Part shown: positions 30,200 to 44,900 of the stretch, piece by piece
Numbering within the stretch: position 1 is the first letter of the stretch
Layout: each line of letters starts with the position of its first letter
From: the human T2T-CHM13v2.0 reference genome, Homo sapiens
NCBI RefSeq assembly: GCF_009914755.1
Contig: NC_060934.1
Direction: 5' to 3' (one strand)
DNA length: 64,000 nucleotides
Position numbers and translations under genes: made by a program
Notes under the pieces: generated by a model
Seen by the model: the letters and a program-made list of their open reading frames with translations, nothing else
The model's database searches: none
Told to the model about the DNA's origin: nothing

Positions 30200-31370
30200 G
30201 TTCATGCCTTCTCATTCCAAGTATATGCTAAATACTCCTAAATCTAGATCTCTAGCCCAAGATGTGTCAGTTGAGCAACAGACCCATGTTTCCAATTCCT
30301 CTGAGGTGTCATTGCTTGAATGTCACAGAAATAATGCACATTCCATAATCTCAAACATAACCCATGATTTCCATACTCTCCTCCTTTTGTATTTCTCTCT
30401 CCGTGAATAGAACCACCATCCACCCAGGCCTCTATGACAGAACCTTGGGTGTCACTGAAGACACTTTTTCCTCTCTGTTACTTCTCATATCAAATTGGTT
30501 ACCAAGTCCTGGGAATTACACAGGATCTCATCTTTTTCCTTTTCTTCATACCCACTGCCATAGCCTTGGTTCAAGTCCTCATCATCTCTTACATGGCCCA
30601 TGGTAGCAGTCAGCTAGCAGGACCCCCTGCTTCTAGATGTACCTCTTTTAATCCATTCTCCAAACATTCACCAAGTGATCTTTTTAAAACACGAAGCAGA
30701 TAAAGTTACCCATACCTACCTGTTTAATACCTTTCAAAGGTTACCAATATTCTTGCAGGATAAATTACAAATCCTTAACATTATTCCCTGGCTCTTGTCT
30801 ACATCTCTATATTTTTTTATTAAGTTCAGGTTCTTTCCTCATCTGCTACCTATCCATGCCAGACAACTAAGACTCAGACTCAGTCTCACTAATTTGTAGC
30901 TTTGCTTACACTGCTCCTTCTGCTTAAAAGATCTTCAAATCTTCTCCCCTACTTGCCTTTAACCTGATGAATTTCTACTCATTCTTAAGGTCTAATACAA
31001 GCATTACTGCCTCTACAAACCTTCCTGAAATCCACAGAGGAAATTATACACTTCCATCTTTGTTTCATAAATCTAATAAGAACTAATATTTATGGAGTAC
31101 TGATATTGCATTAGACATTGTATTCAGTGGTTTATTACATTATTGTATCCTATAAACATAAATTATTTTCACATTACCTTACTATTATATCCTACACAAT
31201 CACTTGTAAATTATTTTAGTACGCTTTATTTTACCTACTTATTTACATATTTTGTAATATTATCCTACTAAACTGAAAACTACTTAGGACTGAACTGTGG
31301 TTCATCTTACTCTCTATTGCCTAAGCTACTTCATTGCACAAGTAGGTCTCAAAGCTCTGTTGATAAATGA
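30200..31370 (+). mobile_element. L2 LINE fragment
   Basis: CAGACCCATGTTTCCAA ... CCCACTGCCATAGCCTTGGTTCAAGTCCTCATCATCTCT ... TGTTGATAAATGAA. Confidence 0.75.
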
Positions 31371-31555
31371 AGTTTAATGGTTTCAAGGAGACTGATATTA
31401 TATAATTAGAGATGTTAACAAATGCATTAAAAATTTTAACGCATCTTGAATCAAAGCAATTATCTATCTAACTTAGTAGCTGTGCAACAAAGTAAAAAGA
31501 GCAAGAGTGCCATTAATATATCTCAAAGATAAGCTTGTTTAATAATGCATGTTTG

Positions 31556-31877
<322 letters not shown>

Positions 31878-32441
31878 TCACTTATGTGTTTATTTGAGTT
31901 AATTAGCGCCTATGCAGTTTTCTGCTTGCTCAACTTATTGGAAAAAAAATTTCTAAGGGTATGTGCAAAAATATTATCTAAAGTAGCATTTGAAATTTTG
32001 CTCTACAATTACACTGTTAAACACAGTAATTCTAAACAATTCCATGTGAACTAACATCTGTAAATGTTCAGCAATTATCCACCTGTTGACAGTCTGTAAT
32101 TCAGCTTTGTGAGTACTACTGGTTTGTGACATTAAATCAAGAGGTTTAATATTTTATCTTGGATTAAATGCAAAAGATAATCAAGAATAAGACAGACATT
32201 TAGCTGCCTGGATAGCAGTTATAGATCTGTTTATATTAATACTAACAGAGAGTCAAACAGTTCCCAAAACTTTTAGATGTGATGGCAAGAATAAGAGCAG
32301 AAGATGATCTGCACATCAAACAGCTTTTTCGTCTTTGCTTAGTGTCAAGCGTTTGGCAAAACAACCCTTTGTATTATTTCAGCATTTCAGAGGCCTAATT
32401 TTCCATAGTTGTGACTCACATATCCTATTCATAGGCAGAGG

Positions 32442-32503
32442 TCTTATAAAAATGAATGTGACTGATACAATCTCTTATAAAAATGAATGTGACTGATACA
32501 ATC
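32442..32503. repeat. Perfect tandem duplication, 2 x 31 bp
   Basis: TCTTATAAAAATGAATGTGACTGATACAATC twice. Confidence 0.97.
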
Positions 32504-32799
32504 TGAGCAGGAAATACTTATTACCAAATGACCACAAATTCTTTCTTGTTTGTAAAAATTAATTTACCTGTGTTAAATTGTTTTAATCAGATTTCATTTT
32601 AAAACTAGCACTTTAAGCATGATTTAATCTAACAACTGATAAAACAATAACATTTCAAAGGCATATCTAGAACAGTTTAAACCAAATTCTTGTCTGTTCA
32701 TAAGCTCTGGTAAAACTTTTAGATCCCTGCTATTTAGTAAATCTCTTAATATGTATTCATGTAACTAAATACTCCTATACACTGTTTTCCTAAATTCAG

Positions 32800-33470
32800 G
32801 GTTCTGGATGTTCTTCCCCTCATTATTAGGACACCATCTCTCTGTTCTATCACATTTCTTCCCAAGCAAGTTTGTCATCTAAATACCTCATTAAATAATC
32901 TTATACCTTATTCCGTCATAACAATCTATAAGAGAATTGTTCCCCAGGCAGAGGAAGTCCTCAAATTTGTTGCTATTTCCTATTCTCTTCTTAATTAGTG
33001 GCTCAACTATCCACAAAATCACCCAAGCCAGAAGCCTACAGTCATCCATTCCACTCCATCCCCACACTCCTAATTGGTGATTAAGACCTATTGACTCTTC
33101 CTCCTGAATATATTGCAAATCTATTTGTTCCTCTTCAAGTTCACTACCACTGCTTCATCATTCATCACTTGGATTATTGCAGTGATTTTTCTAACTGGCC
33201 TCCCTGCCCACCAGGCTCAGTTTCATCCCCTCATTTCTCCCCCATTCCAGCTCATTCTTCTACAACAATTGTAATTATATTTCTAAAATGAGATGGCTGA
33301 TGCCATTCCCCTACATAAATAAGATGCAAACCAAATTCCTAACACGGCATTTTAGCACAGCCTTTGCATATCTCACCAGATTTATGTCTCATCTATCTTC
33401 CCATATACTCCAGTGCTACAATTCTTTTTCTATAAGCAGAAATAAGTGCCTCCTTACTCTATGTTTACTT
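32800..33470 (+). mobile_element. L2 LINE fragment
   Basis: CACCCAAGCCAGAAGCCT ... CACTTGGATTATTGCAGTGATTTTCTAACTGGCCTCCCTGCC. Confidence 0.7.
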
Positions 33471-33519
33471 AGCATACACTGTTGTTTTAGTACTAGTTGC
33501 AGGAATAAAATTCAAAATA

Positions 33520-34320
33520 GAAGATAGAACAATATTTTTTAAAGCACAAGAAGCATAGTTAATGTAAAAGCATAGCACAAAATAAAATGTAGACATAAAT
33601 CAAAATATATCAATAACCCAATAAATACAAAGGGACTAAATTTGCAAGTAAAGGACAGATATTGCAAATTATATTTTTATGCTTTTTGCAAGACACACAA
33701 ATAAAATACAATGACACAGAAAAGTTGAAAATAAAAAGATGAAGAATGACAATGAACAGAAGAAAGTGAGACACTTGTAGAGAGGCAAAAAAGGCACATT
33801 GGAAATAAAGAAGTTTCTACGGAACAATAAAGAAGGAATCAGCAAAAAATATAGTAATTCCAAACTCATATGTGAGTAATAACATTGTCCAGAATATACA
33901 AAGTAAAATTGAGATTAGAAAGAGCAATTGTCACAGATCAACAATAATGGGAGATTTCAATGCACTTTTCTTATAACTGATACATCAGGCAGCAGAAGGC
34001 ATTAGTGGATTGTAGGAGATACAAATAACGCAACTAAGAAGTTTGTTCCAATGGCTATATGTAAAACCATGGACCCTACAATTAGAGAACACACATTCAC
34101 TTAAATATATAATAAGCTTTAAAACTGAACATATACATAAAGCAAATCTCAATCAACACCAAAAATTCAGTATCACTCAGAACTTCTGTGCATATAAGAC
34201 AATTAAATTAGAAATGTATTTATTACTATTTTAGTTATAAAGAAAACGGAAGACAGGGCAAAAGTTAATAAAATTGGAACACCATAGAAACACAGAAAAC
34301 CCTCATATTTCAAAATTAAA
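33520..34320 (+). mobile_element. Old L1M, start of ORF2/endonuclease region (degenerate)
   Basis: ATATCAATAACCCAATAAATACAAAGGGACTAAA ... AATAATGGGAGATTTCAATGCAC ... CATAAAGCAAATCTCAA. Confidence 0.75.
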
Positions 34321-36211
34321 GATATTTGTACTACTTTTATTTATCATTTTCAATTGATGGTTTGCACTCAAATATTTCATTAAGACTTCAGTTATTTCAA
34401 GAATTTAAACATGATTTTATGCATTAAAAGGTATCAGTTAAAAGACCTGTGACTGAATAAAAATGTAAATCAATTAATTAAAAATAGGCATTGCTAAATC
34501 GACACTGGAATCTGAAATTATCATGGGCCTTCTGCCTAACATTTTCAAGAAAAAACTTGGGATTCCTGAAAAAAATATATAATCAAGGATAGGTAAGCAT
34601 CTAATAATTAAATTAAGATCATCAATTTGTATTACACAGAAAACTGGGCTGTTGTCATCTTGTATGGATCAGAACATGATTATGCCATAAAATCCATTCT
34701 TCTAGCTTCAATCACTATTGTCTCTCTTTTCTAACTATAGAGGTGATCAGACAGCATGCATCCCTTTTAGGTCACAAAAGAAATCCTATTAAATGCCAAC
34801 CTATAAATGGTGCTTCCGGAAACATAAACTAGATCAGGGTTAGTTTGGGATGAAATAGGCCTTAACTTAGATAGAAAGTAGAAATGAATAATGTACATTT
34901 CATAAGTCTTTAAGCAAAAAACAATTGGCAATTTTACTGTATTTTATCAATTTATCTTAGTTGAATTTTATATCACTGACAGATTACTTGACCATCAATT
35001 TTTCTGATTTGTATACTAATTCTAGTCTTATTTTCCTAAAATGTTTTCCTAATAACAGCAATGTATTCAGAAATTGTAATTAAAAGTCATTGAAGGTCAT
35101 CTGATTTGTTGTGTTGGCTTTAGATCAGTGACTAGATTTTCCCAGTCACTGCTCTGTCAGCTTTAATACAATGCATCCATTTGTCTTACTAACACTTCAA
35201 TTTATGGGATAGCTGTTTTTCACAATTAAAACTACTGAAACTTTAGTATACATGGAAATGATCATGATAGCATTTTCTCCATATTTCTAACAACTCTGGA
35301 AGGCTCTATTGTAAAAATATAGGGCCTTCCAGATGACTAGATCTGGTTTCCTGAAGACAGCTTTTAAGATTGCTATATGAGCTCAAGAGAAACATTTACA
35401 AGAATCTTTAGATAAATTACTAAGTGCTGCAGAAGTAAAACCATTTGGAATAGATTTCTAAACTCCTCTTACATAAATAATTGGTGAGTGATTGAGGTAA
35501 GAAAAGGCTGCCCTTACTCTTGCTGACCCAATAGACAAGACAGCTGATGACGAAAGTTGATGGCGAATTGGCACAAGAAGGTTAAATGCAGGAGAAATGA
35601 AACCGATCTACTTATTGTGATGATGTTGACTGCTACCTAGTTAGTTCTATGAGAGACAACACCTACTTACACAAGGTCTTCCACTTAATTGGGCTTAAGG
35701 CCAGTTCAGTAATCACAAAATTACAACAAGCTAAAAATTACACCAATCACCTCCTCCAACCTCTGTATCTATAAAGAAACCATGAACTTATATAATTTAC
35801 CCAGGAAACAGGAGTCAGATCTGCTGCCTCCTATTACAGGAGTCTTTACATTCAATTAAACTGAATTAGATATATGAATTCAATAGAAGAAATCTTGATG
35901 TAAAGTCAATTAGTATAAATACAAGTCCTCCCTCACCCCACACCTGACAATTACAATAAAATTCTATGGGGAGCGCATTATGAAGAGTAGAGAAGAATGC
36001 CAGTGCAATTCTGTAAAAGCTAAGGCAATCTGAGAATTTAATTTTGGTATGTCTAGCCAAAGTCAATTACTCATGAACAACAGGCTGGAAAGTGACCAAG
36101 GGCTGACTCAGCAGCTTTCAAACTCTTCTGTTGAGTTTAAAAAATAAAATGCGAAAGTAGAGAGAGAAAATAGGAAGGAATAGTCCAAGAAAGGACGATA
36201 AAAATTAAATA

Positions 36212-36520
<309 letters not shown>

Positions 36521-37149
36521 AAATTAAATAAACTAATAATAAAATCATAAAATCTGGGCTGTGAGTTCACTTCTAGAATGCTAGGTACTCATGGAAATTT
36601 ACCTAAAACCAAAAAGGTGAAGTAGGAGCTGAAGACAGGGGTCGGGGACAGAAGGATGGGGAAATGGGAATGGGGGGCACAGACAGGTGGAAAATTTAGA
36701 GGAATATAGAATTTTTCACCAGCTTGAAGTAAAACTTTCTAATTATTTTAAAAAACCTTATAATATATCATTACTATGTAGAATTACCAACAGATAAATT
36801 TAGTCTTTAATACTCAAAAAGAATAATTTTATAAAGAAAGTTACCACAAGACAACTTTAGTGGATCCTAATTGTATTCATAATGCAATTTACAAAACTGT
36901 GATTTACATACATCTTGTCAGGCACACATCAAGGACACAAAAGGCACACTCACACTATCTCAAAGCATGTAATAAAAAAGGGTGCTATAGGAAAAGAAAC
37001 CCACCAGTTTCTACTGACTGTATCTCTTCCTTTTCTTTCTGTTTAGCCTTGTCATCATTACCAAGGAGCTTGCTCATTCCTAAAACACATTTGCTACAAC
37101 CAGGCATTTCTCTTTCAGTCAGGGCTTCACCATGGCTGGGAAATAGACA

Positions 37150-37325
37150 TTGAGGAAGCAGAGAGTGCAGAAATGGGTATGAGTCTTAGAGTCCGAAGAC
37201 CTAGGTTCCGAGGAGGTCACCGTCTGGTTGACTGACCATACTCAAGCTTTATTAACTTTTAGGAGCTCAGTTTCTTCACCTAAAAAAATGAGATCGTTGG
37301 ATTCAATGATCTCTAAGCTCTCTGA
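37150..37325 (+). mobile_element. MIR/MIR3 SINE
   Basis: GAAGACCTAGGTTC ... CTCAGTTTCTTCACCTAAAAAAATGAG ... ATGATCTCTAAG. Confidence 0.7.
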
Positions 37326-38580
37326 CTTGAAATGGATTCAATTCACTAATTTCCCCTTTTTGAATTTTCCTCATATTCTCTTAAACAGAGTCGAATGGGA
37401 AGGTTTTTCAAAACAATAAGTAATTATTTCTTATCTATAATATTCTACTTATATATCAAACTGCCCTCACCTTTGCCAAAGCCCTCAGTGGACAAATAAC
37501 TTCAAATAACTACTATTTCTCAGAGCAGTGCAAGTCATCTAGGATCATTGTTTACATTCTATACATATTGAAAGGCTTTCTGTAAAAGTGAGAAATGTTT
37601 TAATTTTTAATGATAGGAAAAGTAATGCTTTCTACAAGGTTGAATCTAAATCCAAGCCATAGATAAGAGCTACTTTAATTTAACTGGTATTTATGGTTGA
37701 GGAGCAGAAAACAAAAAGAAAAAAAATTCCTTTGAAAATGTTTATTTATGACAGTCTAAATTACTCCTTTGACACAATGAACACAGGTAAATTATCTCAG
37801 AGCTGTGTTTAATGGCTCTAATGGCTAGCTGGGTACTGGGCCATGTATTTCAGGATGCCTACTTGTTTATAAAACTTGTTTCCAAAAATCAGGCTAATAT
37901 AGTACTAAGTTACCAAGCAGAATTTTTTTTTTAATTCCAGAGTCACTGGCCATATTTCATATATAATTGCTGGGTTAAATAAACACAATTAGGTTTTATT
38001 TAGCATGTATTTGATTATGAATGTCTTCATATAAATAAAAAACAATTTTTTAATAAACTAGACTAGGAAAGGATAAAAACTTAGTATCATTATTATTCTA
38101 AACATACCAAGGCTCAAGTTTTCATTACCTAAAATATACTCTTCGTAAGACTTGTGGCTGCCGAATAAAATACATTAATCAGATGCAGTATTGCTTTCAC
38201 GGTAATTATGATACTATTTATAATGCCATGGTTATGTTCATAGGCCACTAACAAACATATGCAGTCTTTTAGCTACAACACTCAAACATAATTACAATGC
38301 CCCTTTCCATTGAAATAATCTATGCATCCCGCCACAGTGACTTCATTCCCTACCAGGATGCCTGCTGAATCAGACTGCCCCAATTATTCAGGCACAGTGC
38401 CTATGCTTATGACTAATAATATTGGGGAATAAACGAAATTAATGTCCATGACTTCCTGACCATTTTGGCCAATCTCCTTTCTTTGGTGTCTTCTGCTTTA
38501 ACCCTAATACTGAGTAATCTTGAACTATTCCTGGCATAAAAAGAGCTTCACATACTGTACAAAGTCTTCAAGCCCTACAC

Positions 38581-38880
38581 CAATATTTCCCATAGTATGT
38601 TCCAAGTATTTCAGTCTTAGGGGATATTGCTCAAAAAAATCAGAGTGCGGAGAGGTTCCAAGATCGAATACTTTTGGGAAACTTTGCATACTATATTCCC
38701 AATCCTTAGGATTCTCCTAATCTATTCATATACTGAAGGCTCTTATAAGTCCTGAAGTAAAGAAATATTTTATCTACATTTAACTCACGCAATTGCAAAA
38801 CTTACTTAACCATGAAACCTATTTCATATTACTTTTTCAAGTGAGTCTTATTAACATAAAACTAGTGGCAAATATTTGGG
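38581..38880. mobile_element. hAT-Charlie DNA transposon relic (Charlie4-like)
   Basis: CAATATTTCCCATAGTATGTTCC ... TTTGGGAAACTTTGCATACTAT ... AAGGCTCTTATAAGTCCTGAAGTAAAGAAA. Confidence 0.7.
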
Positions 38881-40829
38881 TGTCCCTGTCTTCATGCAGA
38901 ATTTGACTGCCCAGGTCCTATTCCTCTAGAGACTAGTTAGATTCTGGCCAGTTAACTGGAGAAATCAATACAAATTGAGAGGTTAATTTTGTTAATAGAT
39001 TCATGTGTTGTCTCTAGCAGAGGGTGGTTGATTTTAACATACATTTGCAATGCATCAGCCAAAGTGCAGCATAAAACGGAAGAGAATAAACTGTGAGACT
39101 ATACCTTGCACATGTTTCTTATTGCATGAGTAAGTTCTATATCAGGTCTGGAATTTCTGTACTCAAAGGACTTATATTCTGAAGCAACAATTACAAATAT
39201 TGAGTGGAGGTAATATTTGTGGACATTGAATCAAACCAGTTTTCTCACCTAACATAAATAACTTACCTGCATTTTGATGTTAAAAAAAAAAAGCCACCTG
39301 CCAAGATCTGGCTGTGGAGCCATGGCTGTGTATCAGCCATGTATTTGAGTAGTGACAAATACTTAATTAACAGGGTCATTGAATTGAGAAGAAGGCCTGA
39401 ATTTTGATTTCTACAAAAAAGTTTCAGAGAAAGATTTTTGCTTTAAAAGTCTGACTCTTTATAAAATTTCTTCCTGTCTTTAAAGAAAGTCAAAACATGG
39501 ACAAAAGCCACAAGCCACCTATCAATATTCATGTGAATCAAAAAATTAAATGGTAATGATGAGGATGAGAAAAGGAGAGAAATGTATCTTGCTTCCCTGT
39601 TAAAATGATGACACATGTAAGGACAGCCCCATGGCATGGTGTCTGATACTTCATCTCTGTTAGCTTTTTCTTCCCATAATGCTTCTTCCCTCAAAAATGC
39701 TGATCACAGAAATTTTGAAACACAAGATATTTGTGGCTTTTTTTTTCAGTGGAAACCATCATTATTGCCTGTAACCTTGATCCGTTCTAATAGAGGACTA
39801 CAGAACTAATCCTACAATAAGTCAAGATAACTGATGGCATTGGCAAGTAGTTGAAATCCTTAGTCTAACAAATACTGCTTTCAAAAGACTAGTATACTCA
39901 CCGATAAATGCCTTTTTAACTTATATCATGTCAATTATTTGCTATTCATTATCTTTATAAAATATTTCCTGGTTTGGGGAACTCTGCAAGTTTCTTGTTT
40001 CTGATGCTTTGTTTAAACATATACAACTATGTATGTTCAGTCTGACAAAGCCACCACTTCCTCCAGCCAAAAGGGAAATAACTCTAGTAGAACGCAGTAT
40101 TTTAAGAACAGATTTTGTTGTTAGGCTGTATTACCCCCAAAGAAAAGGACAAAATTAGTAAGACTGAATTTGTTACTATTTACTCGCCAAACCCTCAAGG
40201 TAGTTTCATAGAGATAATCACAGAAACAGGAAATAGTACACAATGTGGTATTGGTGTTTTTCCTACAAGCTCCTTTTCCTATGGATTATTTTTTTTCCAA
40301 TGGAGAGAAATGCTTTTTTACCTGGATAATAAATTAAAAAGTGGTTTCTTGACATTTTACTGCTTTTATTTATTCCATTTAAAGAAAATGATTTCCAAAG
40401 CCAGACAATGGTGCTGTTCAATAGAAAATGATGACCTTTAATTAAAACTCTGCCCCTTACTAATTTTCACATCTTTACCAACCTCCTCATCAATGTGGAA
40501 GAGGCATAATTGAAGGGAGAAAACACCTGATCTAAATACACTTTATCTAAATCACTTCCCCCAAGCAGACATTCTCTATCTCAATTCCTAGTTCATTTCC
40601 TTCATTGTATTTCCTAATTCAAAATTATTTCTTTCTTCACCTGTTCATTGTGCCTGTGATCACATAGGCCATAGGTTTTATATGGGAGGGAGCTTTGTAG
40701 ACTAGTGACTTCCCAGTGTTATTGCTGAAGAAAGGAATAGATAAGGGAAGAGGAGGCAAAGGTGAATATATCTGATGAATCGGAAAAAAAGGTATGTGGT
40801 CTCAAATCGCAATTAATCTCTAAATGTAA

Positions 40830-41185
<356 letters not shown>

Positions 41186-41249
41186 TACTCCATGATTTTT
41201 TTGATTATTTATTTTGAAATTATTCAGCATCTTATCTCATTATTCCATT

Positions 41250-41478
41250 ATTACAGTAATTATCTACCACCTGTTGAACAGTACAGTGCCAGGTACTTTA
41301 CAAACAACTTTGCAACTATCTTGCAAGGTAAGAACTCCTGTGCCTGTTTCTTGCAGGGAAGCTGAGTTGCATAAAGTGAAGCCACAAAGTCACAGAGACA
41401 GGAAGTGGCAGAGTCAGGATTTAAGTTTACTTCTGCCTGATTCCAAAGCTGTACTCTCTTCTCTACATCACACCACTT
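41250..41478 (-). mobile_element. MIR SINE
   Basis: GTGCCAGGTACTTTACA ... GGAAGCTGAG ... GGAAGTGGCAGAGTCAGGATTT ... CCTGATTCCAAAGC. Confidence 0.75.
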
Positions 41479-41995
41479 AACTATTAAGTGGTGTGATAAA
41501 GAGGTATGCTTAAGCCTCTTAAAGTATCTGTCTTACCAAATTGCTAATAAACTTTGCAAAAGTCGAAGCTAGAATCTATCCCCCTCCACCCCTTCTCTTT
41601 CTCCCTCTTTCTGTGCTATGTATATACTACTCTACATCTTGAAAAGAGTAATTTTATCTTCATTTGCTTTGTAGTTTATTCAACTTCTATTTCCAAAAAC
41701 TTAGCTTTTTCCTGGGACAAATCCCCCAGATGTTTTCTATTCTCATAACTTCAACCTCTACCTGCTAAAGCAGAAGTCTCAATTATTTAAGAGATTCAGA
41801 ATTATGTATTATAAAGTTTACAAATTATGTAATAAAAATTTAAATTCATTTAAAACTTGAGTAATTATGATGCCATCAGCACACTATAAGATGTAAACAT
41901 TTTAATGGTGAAATATTTAAAATAAATATCTTTGAATGTTCAAATTCTGTTTGATATATTTGTTCTCTTTATTTCCTCAAAATTACAGTCTTAAA

Positions 41996-42293
41996 TTTTT
42001 TTTTTCTTTTGAGATGGAGTCTCGCTCTGTTGCCCAGGCTGGAGTGCAGTGGCAAAATCTCAGCTCACTGACACCTCTACTTCCCGGGTTCAAGGCATCC
42101 TCCTACCTCTGCCTCCCAAGTAGCTGGGATTACAGTCATGTGCCACCACGTCCAGCTAATTTTTTTGTGTTTTTAGTACAGATGGGGTTTCACCATGTTG
42201 GCCAGGCTGTTCTTGAACTCCTGACCTCAAATGATCCACCCTGCTCAGCCTCCCAAAGTGCTGGGATTACAGGCGTGAGCCACCACACTCAGC
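41996..42293 (-). mobile_element. AluS SINE
   Basis: Full antisense Alu; perfect TSD TTACAGTCTTAAA (41983-41995 and 42294-42306). Confidence 0.95.
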
Positions 42294-43699
42294 TTACAGT
42301 CTTAAAAATTATGTATTGCTTATTGGTTCTTCACTGTAGGTTCAAGAGCATTGTCAATTATGCCTCTGTGACTCCTAAACCAGATTTTACCTTCAAATTC
42401 TTGGGTGTCAGTTCCTGTTTAGCATCAACACATTGAACTGAAATTAGACTGTGACTCACCATGTATTTCCAAGGAATTAACAAATTGGCTCTTTTTCCTC
42501 TCCCACTATTTGGATATTGAAATTAAAGTAGCTAACTTTAAAATAATTTCTTGATTTTTAAATTACCCTTGACCAACTTTTTATTGGCTTCAATCTGACT
42601 TTTTTTTTTTAACATAAAATAGCCCTTAAATGTATACTTATCATGATTTTTTTCATTTCTAAAATAAGAGATAAAATATTTGACAAGCAGGACTTTCACA
42701 CTGTAGGCAGTTCAACTGCCACTGAAACTTTAATTAGGTCAAACTTGGAATCTAAAATCTTAAAATGATATCCAGTAAAAGGGAAAACCTGAAAACATAA
42801 GGTAAAGGCTTTTTTCTGAAACCCTTGCCAGTGTTTCCCTGTAAATGTTACAGCCTTCAAAGACCACTCAACATTACCCACCATTTTAAAATCCATAATT
42901 TATTACAAATAAGTATAGTAGAAAGGTTCTATTCCATACTGAATATATTAATAAAAATAGTATTTTTAAAAAAAAAGTTCAAAAAATTGTCAAGTAACTC
43001 AAAAGTTACACATAACATAAAAACCATTCACCTCAAAATAGCCATTATTTCAGATATTTTGATAAAAATATATACAAAGGAAGCTACAGAGGAAGAAAGG
43101 CCAACAGGTAATGTGGATAGGAACTGAAGATCAGTTTTGTTAAAATGGACTCAAGCTACCCACACTATATTAAATATATGTACCATATTAAATATAGCTA
43201 TACTTGAATTAATCACAGTATAAGAACTTTAAATGAAATTAATGAATTTACTAAAAAATGAGATGTTTCTTTTTTCTTGTTTTTTTTTAATGCCCATCTT
43301 TATCCTGCAGTAGAGATAAATGTTTCTTAACACTCCAAAATGTATTGTGTAATAAAATATTGATGAGTTCAGGAAAAACTTATGCTTTAAAAAGTTGGGA
43401 CCATTACTTGCTATAAAAGCTGAAGAAATGAACGTATTAATGTTTTATCCTAACTTCCATCAATTTGATATTATATTTTTCATTGTTCATTCATAGTTTC
43501 TATTTTATTCAATAACCATAGTGCTCATGGTTTTTAATTTTCGTTCTGAATTTACATTGATTAAAGATTTATATTCAGTTTTTTAGTTGGAATCCCTCCA
43601 TACCTGAATTGTTTGTCTTGATTCACCTCTTAGTAGGCTGAAATTCACTACAGCTTTTTTGTTTGTTTTGTTTTGTTTTTACAGGGTGGCTATTCAATT

Positions 43700-44020
43700 T
43701 TTTTTTACTTATAAGAACAATAATGTATTTGTTCATAATTGTGTGAGTTAGCAAGGCAATTCTCATCGGGGCTGGCCTGGCTCATCTCTGAAGTCATCTG
43801 CCAGTTTTGAAGGGGATTGATGGTCTAGGATAGCCCCATTCATTTGTCTGGCTCTTACAAGCTTGTTGGATTTAGAAGCCCCAGCTAGGATAGCACATCT
43901 CTGCTCCATGTAGTCTTTCATCCTCCAGTAGGCTAGCTCAGGCATATTCACAAGTGGTAGCCTCAGGATTCAAAACAGCAAAATAAGACAGAAGGCCCCA
44001 GTGCATAAGAATCTTTTTAA
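43700..44020 (-). mobile_element. MaLR LTR fragment (MLT1G/H-like)
   Basis: GATGGTCTAGGATAGCC ... TCTCTGCTCCATGTAGTCTTTCATCCTCCAGTAGGCTAGCTCAGGC. Confidence 0.7.
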
Positions 44021-44049
44021 GTCTTTGTTTACCTTATTGTTTTTCAGTG

Positions 44050-44900
44050 TTTTCTTGTTTTAATTTTCCTTAATGAGGGTTTATACTATCTTGTGTAACT
44101 TCTTATGGGCTTGAAAATGTTTGTGCATTTGAATTTATATTTAAAAGATAACTTGGGTGGGTATAAAACCTTGGTATATACTTTCTTGTACTCAGAATTT
44201 TTACACATAATTCTATAGGATTTTGGTATTTAATAAACCTGTGGGAAAACTAACCTCATTTTTCTCTCTTCCATGTGACTTGATATTCATGCTGAATAAA
44301 CACATACATGTATTCATTATTTTTAATATTTATTAACCTTACCGTGATACAGAATGCCATTAAAATCATATGTAAGTCTTTATTTCAGGAATTTATCTTC
44401 TACTATTTTAATATTCAAGAATACAAATTATATTTATATTGGATCCCTTTTTTTTCTTTTCCACATCTTTCATCTTCCCATAATAAATGTTGTGTTTTTG
44501 TGCATTTGAACTAAATTTTATGGGATTTTTTTCAAAGCTTTTCTCCATATTTCTAACTTGGTTTTCAGTCACATTTATTCCACTTGTTGTTATTGCTTCT
44601 AATATTTTTGTCTATGAAAGCTTTCGTGTTTCTCTCCCATTTCTCTCCTGATATACATAACCTCTTTCATCTGTTTTTCATTGAACCTCTACTTTGATTC
44701 TCATAGATATTTTTTCAGGCTTTTTGTTTGTTTGTTTGTTTGCTTGTCCGTATCATATCTAGTATAATTTCCCTGAGCGAATGGGTAATTTTTATCCTAA
44801 TCTTCCAATGTTTTTTGGGAAATTTCTCTTGTGATTTTTTTATACAGCTCTTTGTTGTGTTATTATCTCTTTAGTCTCCTTTCTATTTGATGGTTGTAGA
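44050..44900 (-). mobile_element. Very old L1 (L1ME-like) fragment
   Basis: TTAAAAGATAACTTGGGTGGGTATAAAAC ... GTCTTTATTTCAGGAATTT; T-rich antisense L1 texture. Confidence 0.55.

Noticed and set aside
35540-35580. Hammerhead-ribozyme-like core CTGATGA-C-GAAA
   Set aside because: No stem II, no valid stem III with a UH cleavage site, and no downstream complement to the upstream stem I strand; other CTGATGA hits (15411, 30964, 40772, 60973, 63320) also fail
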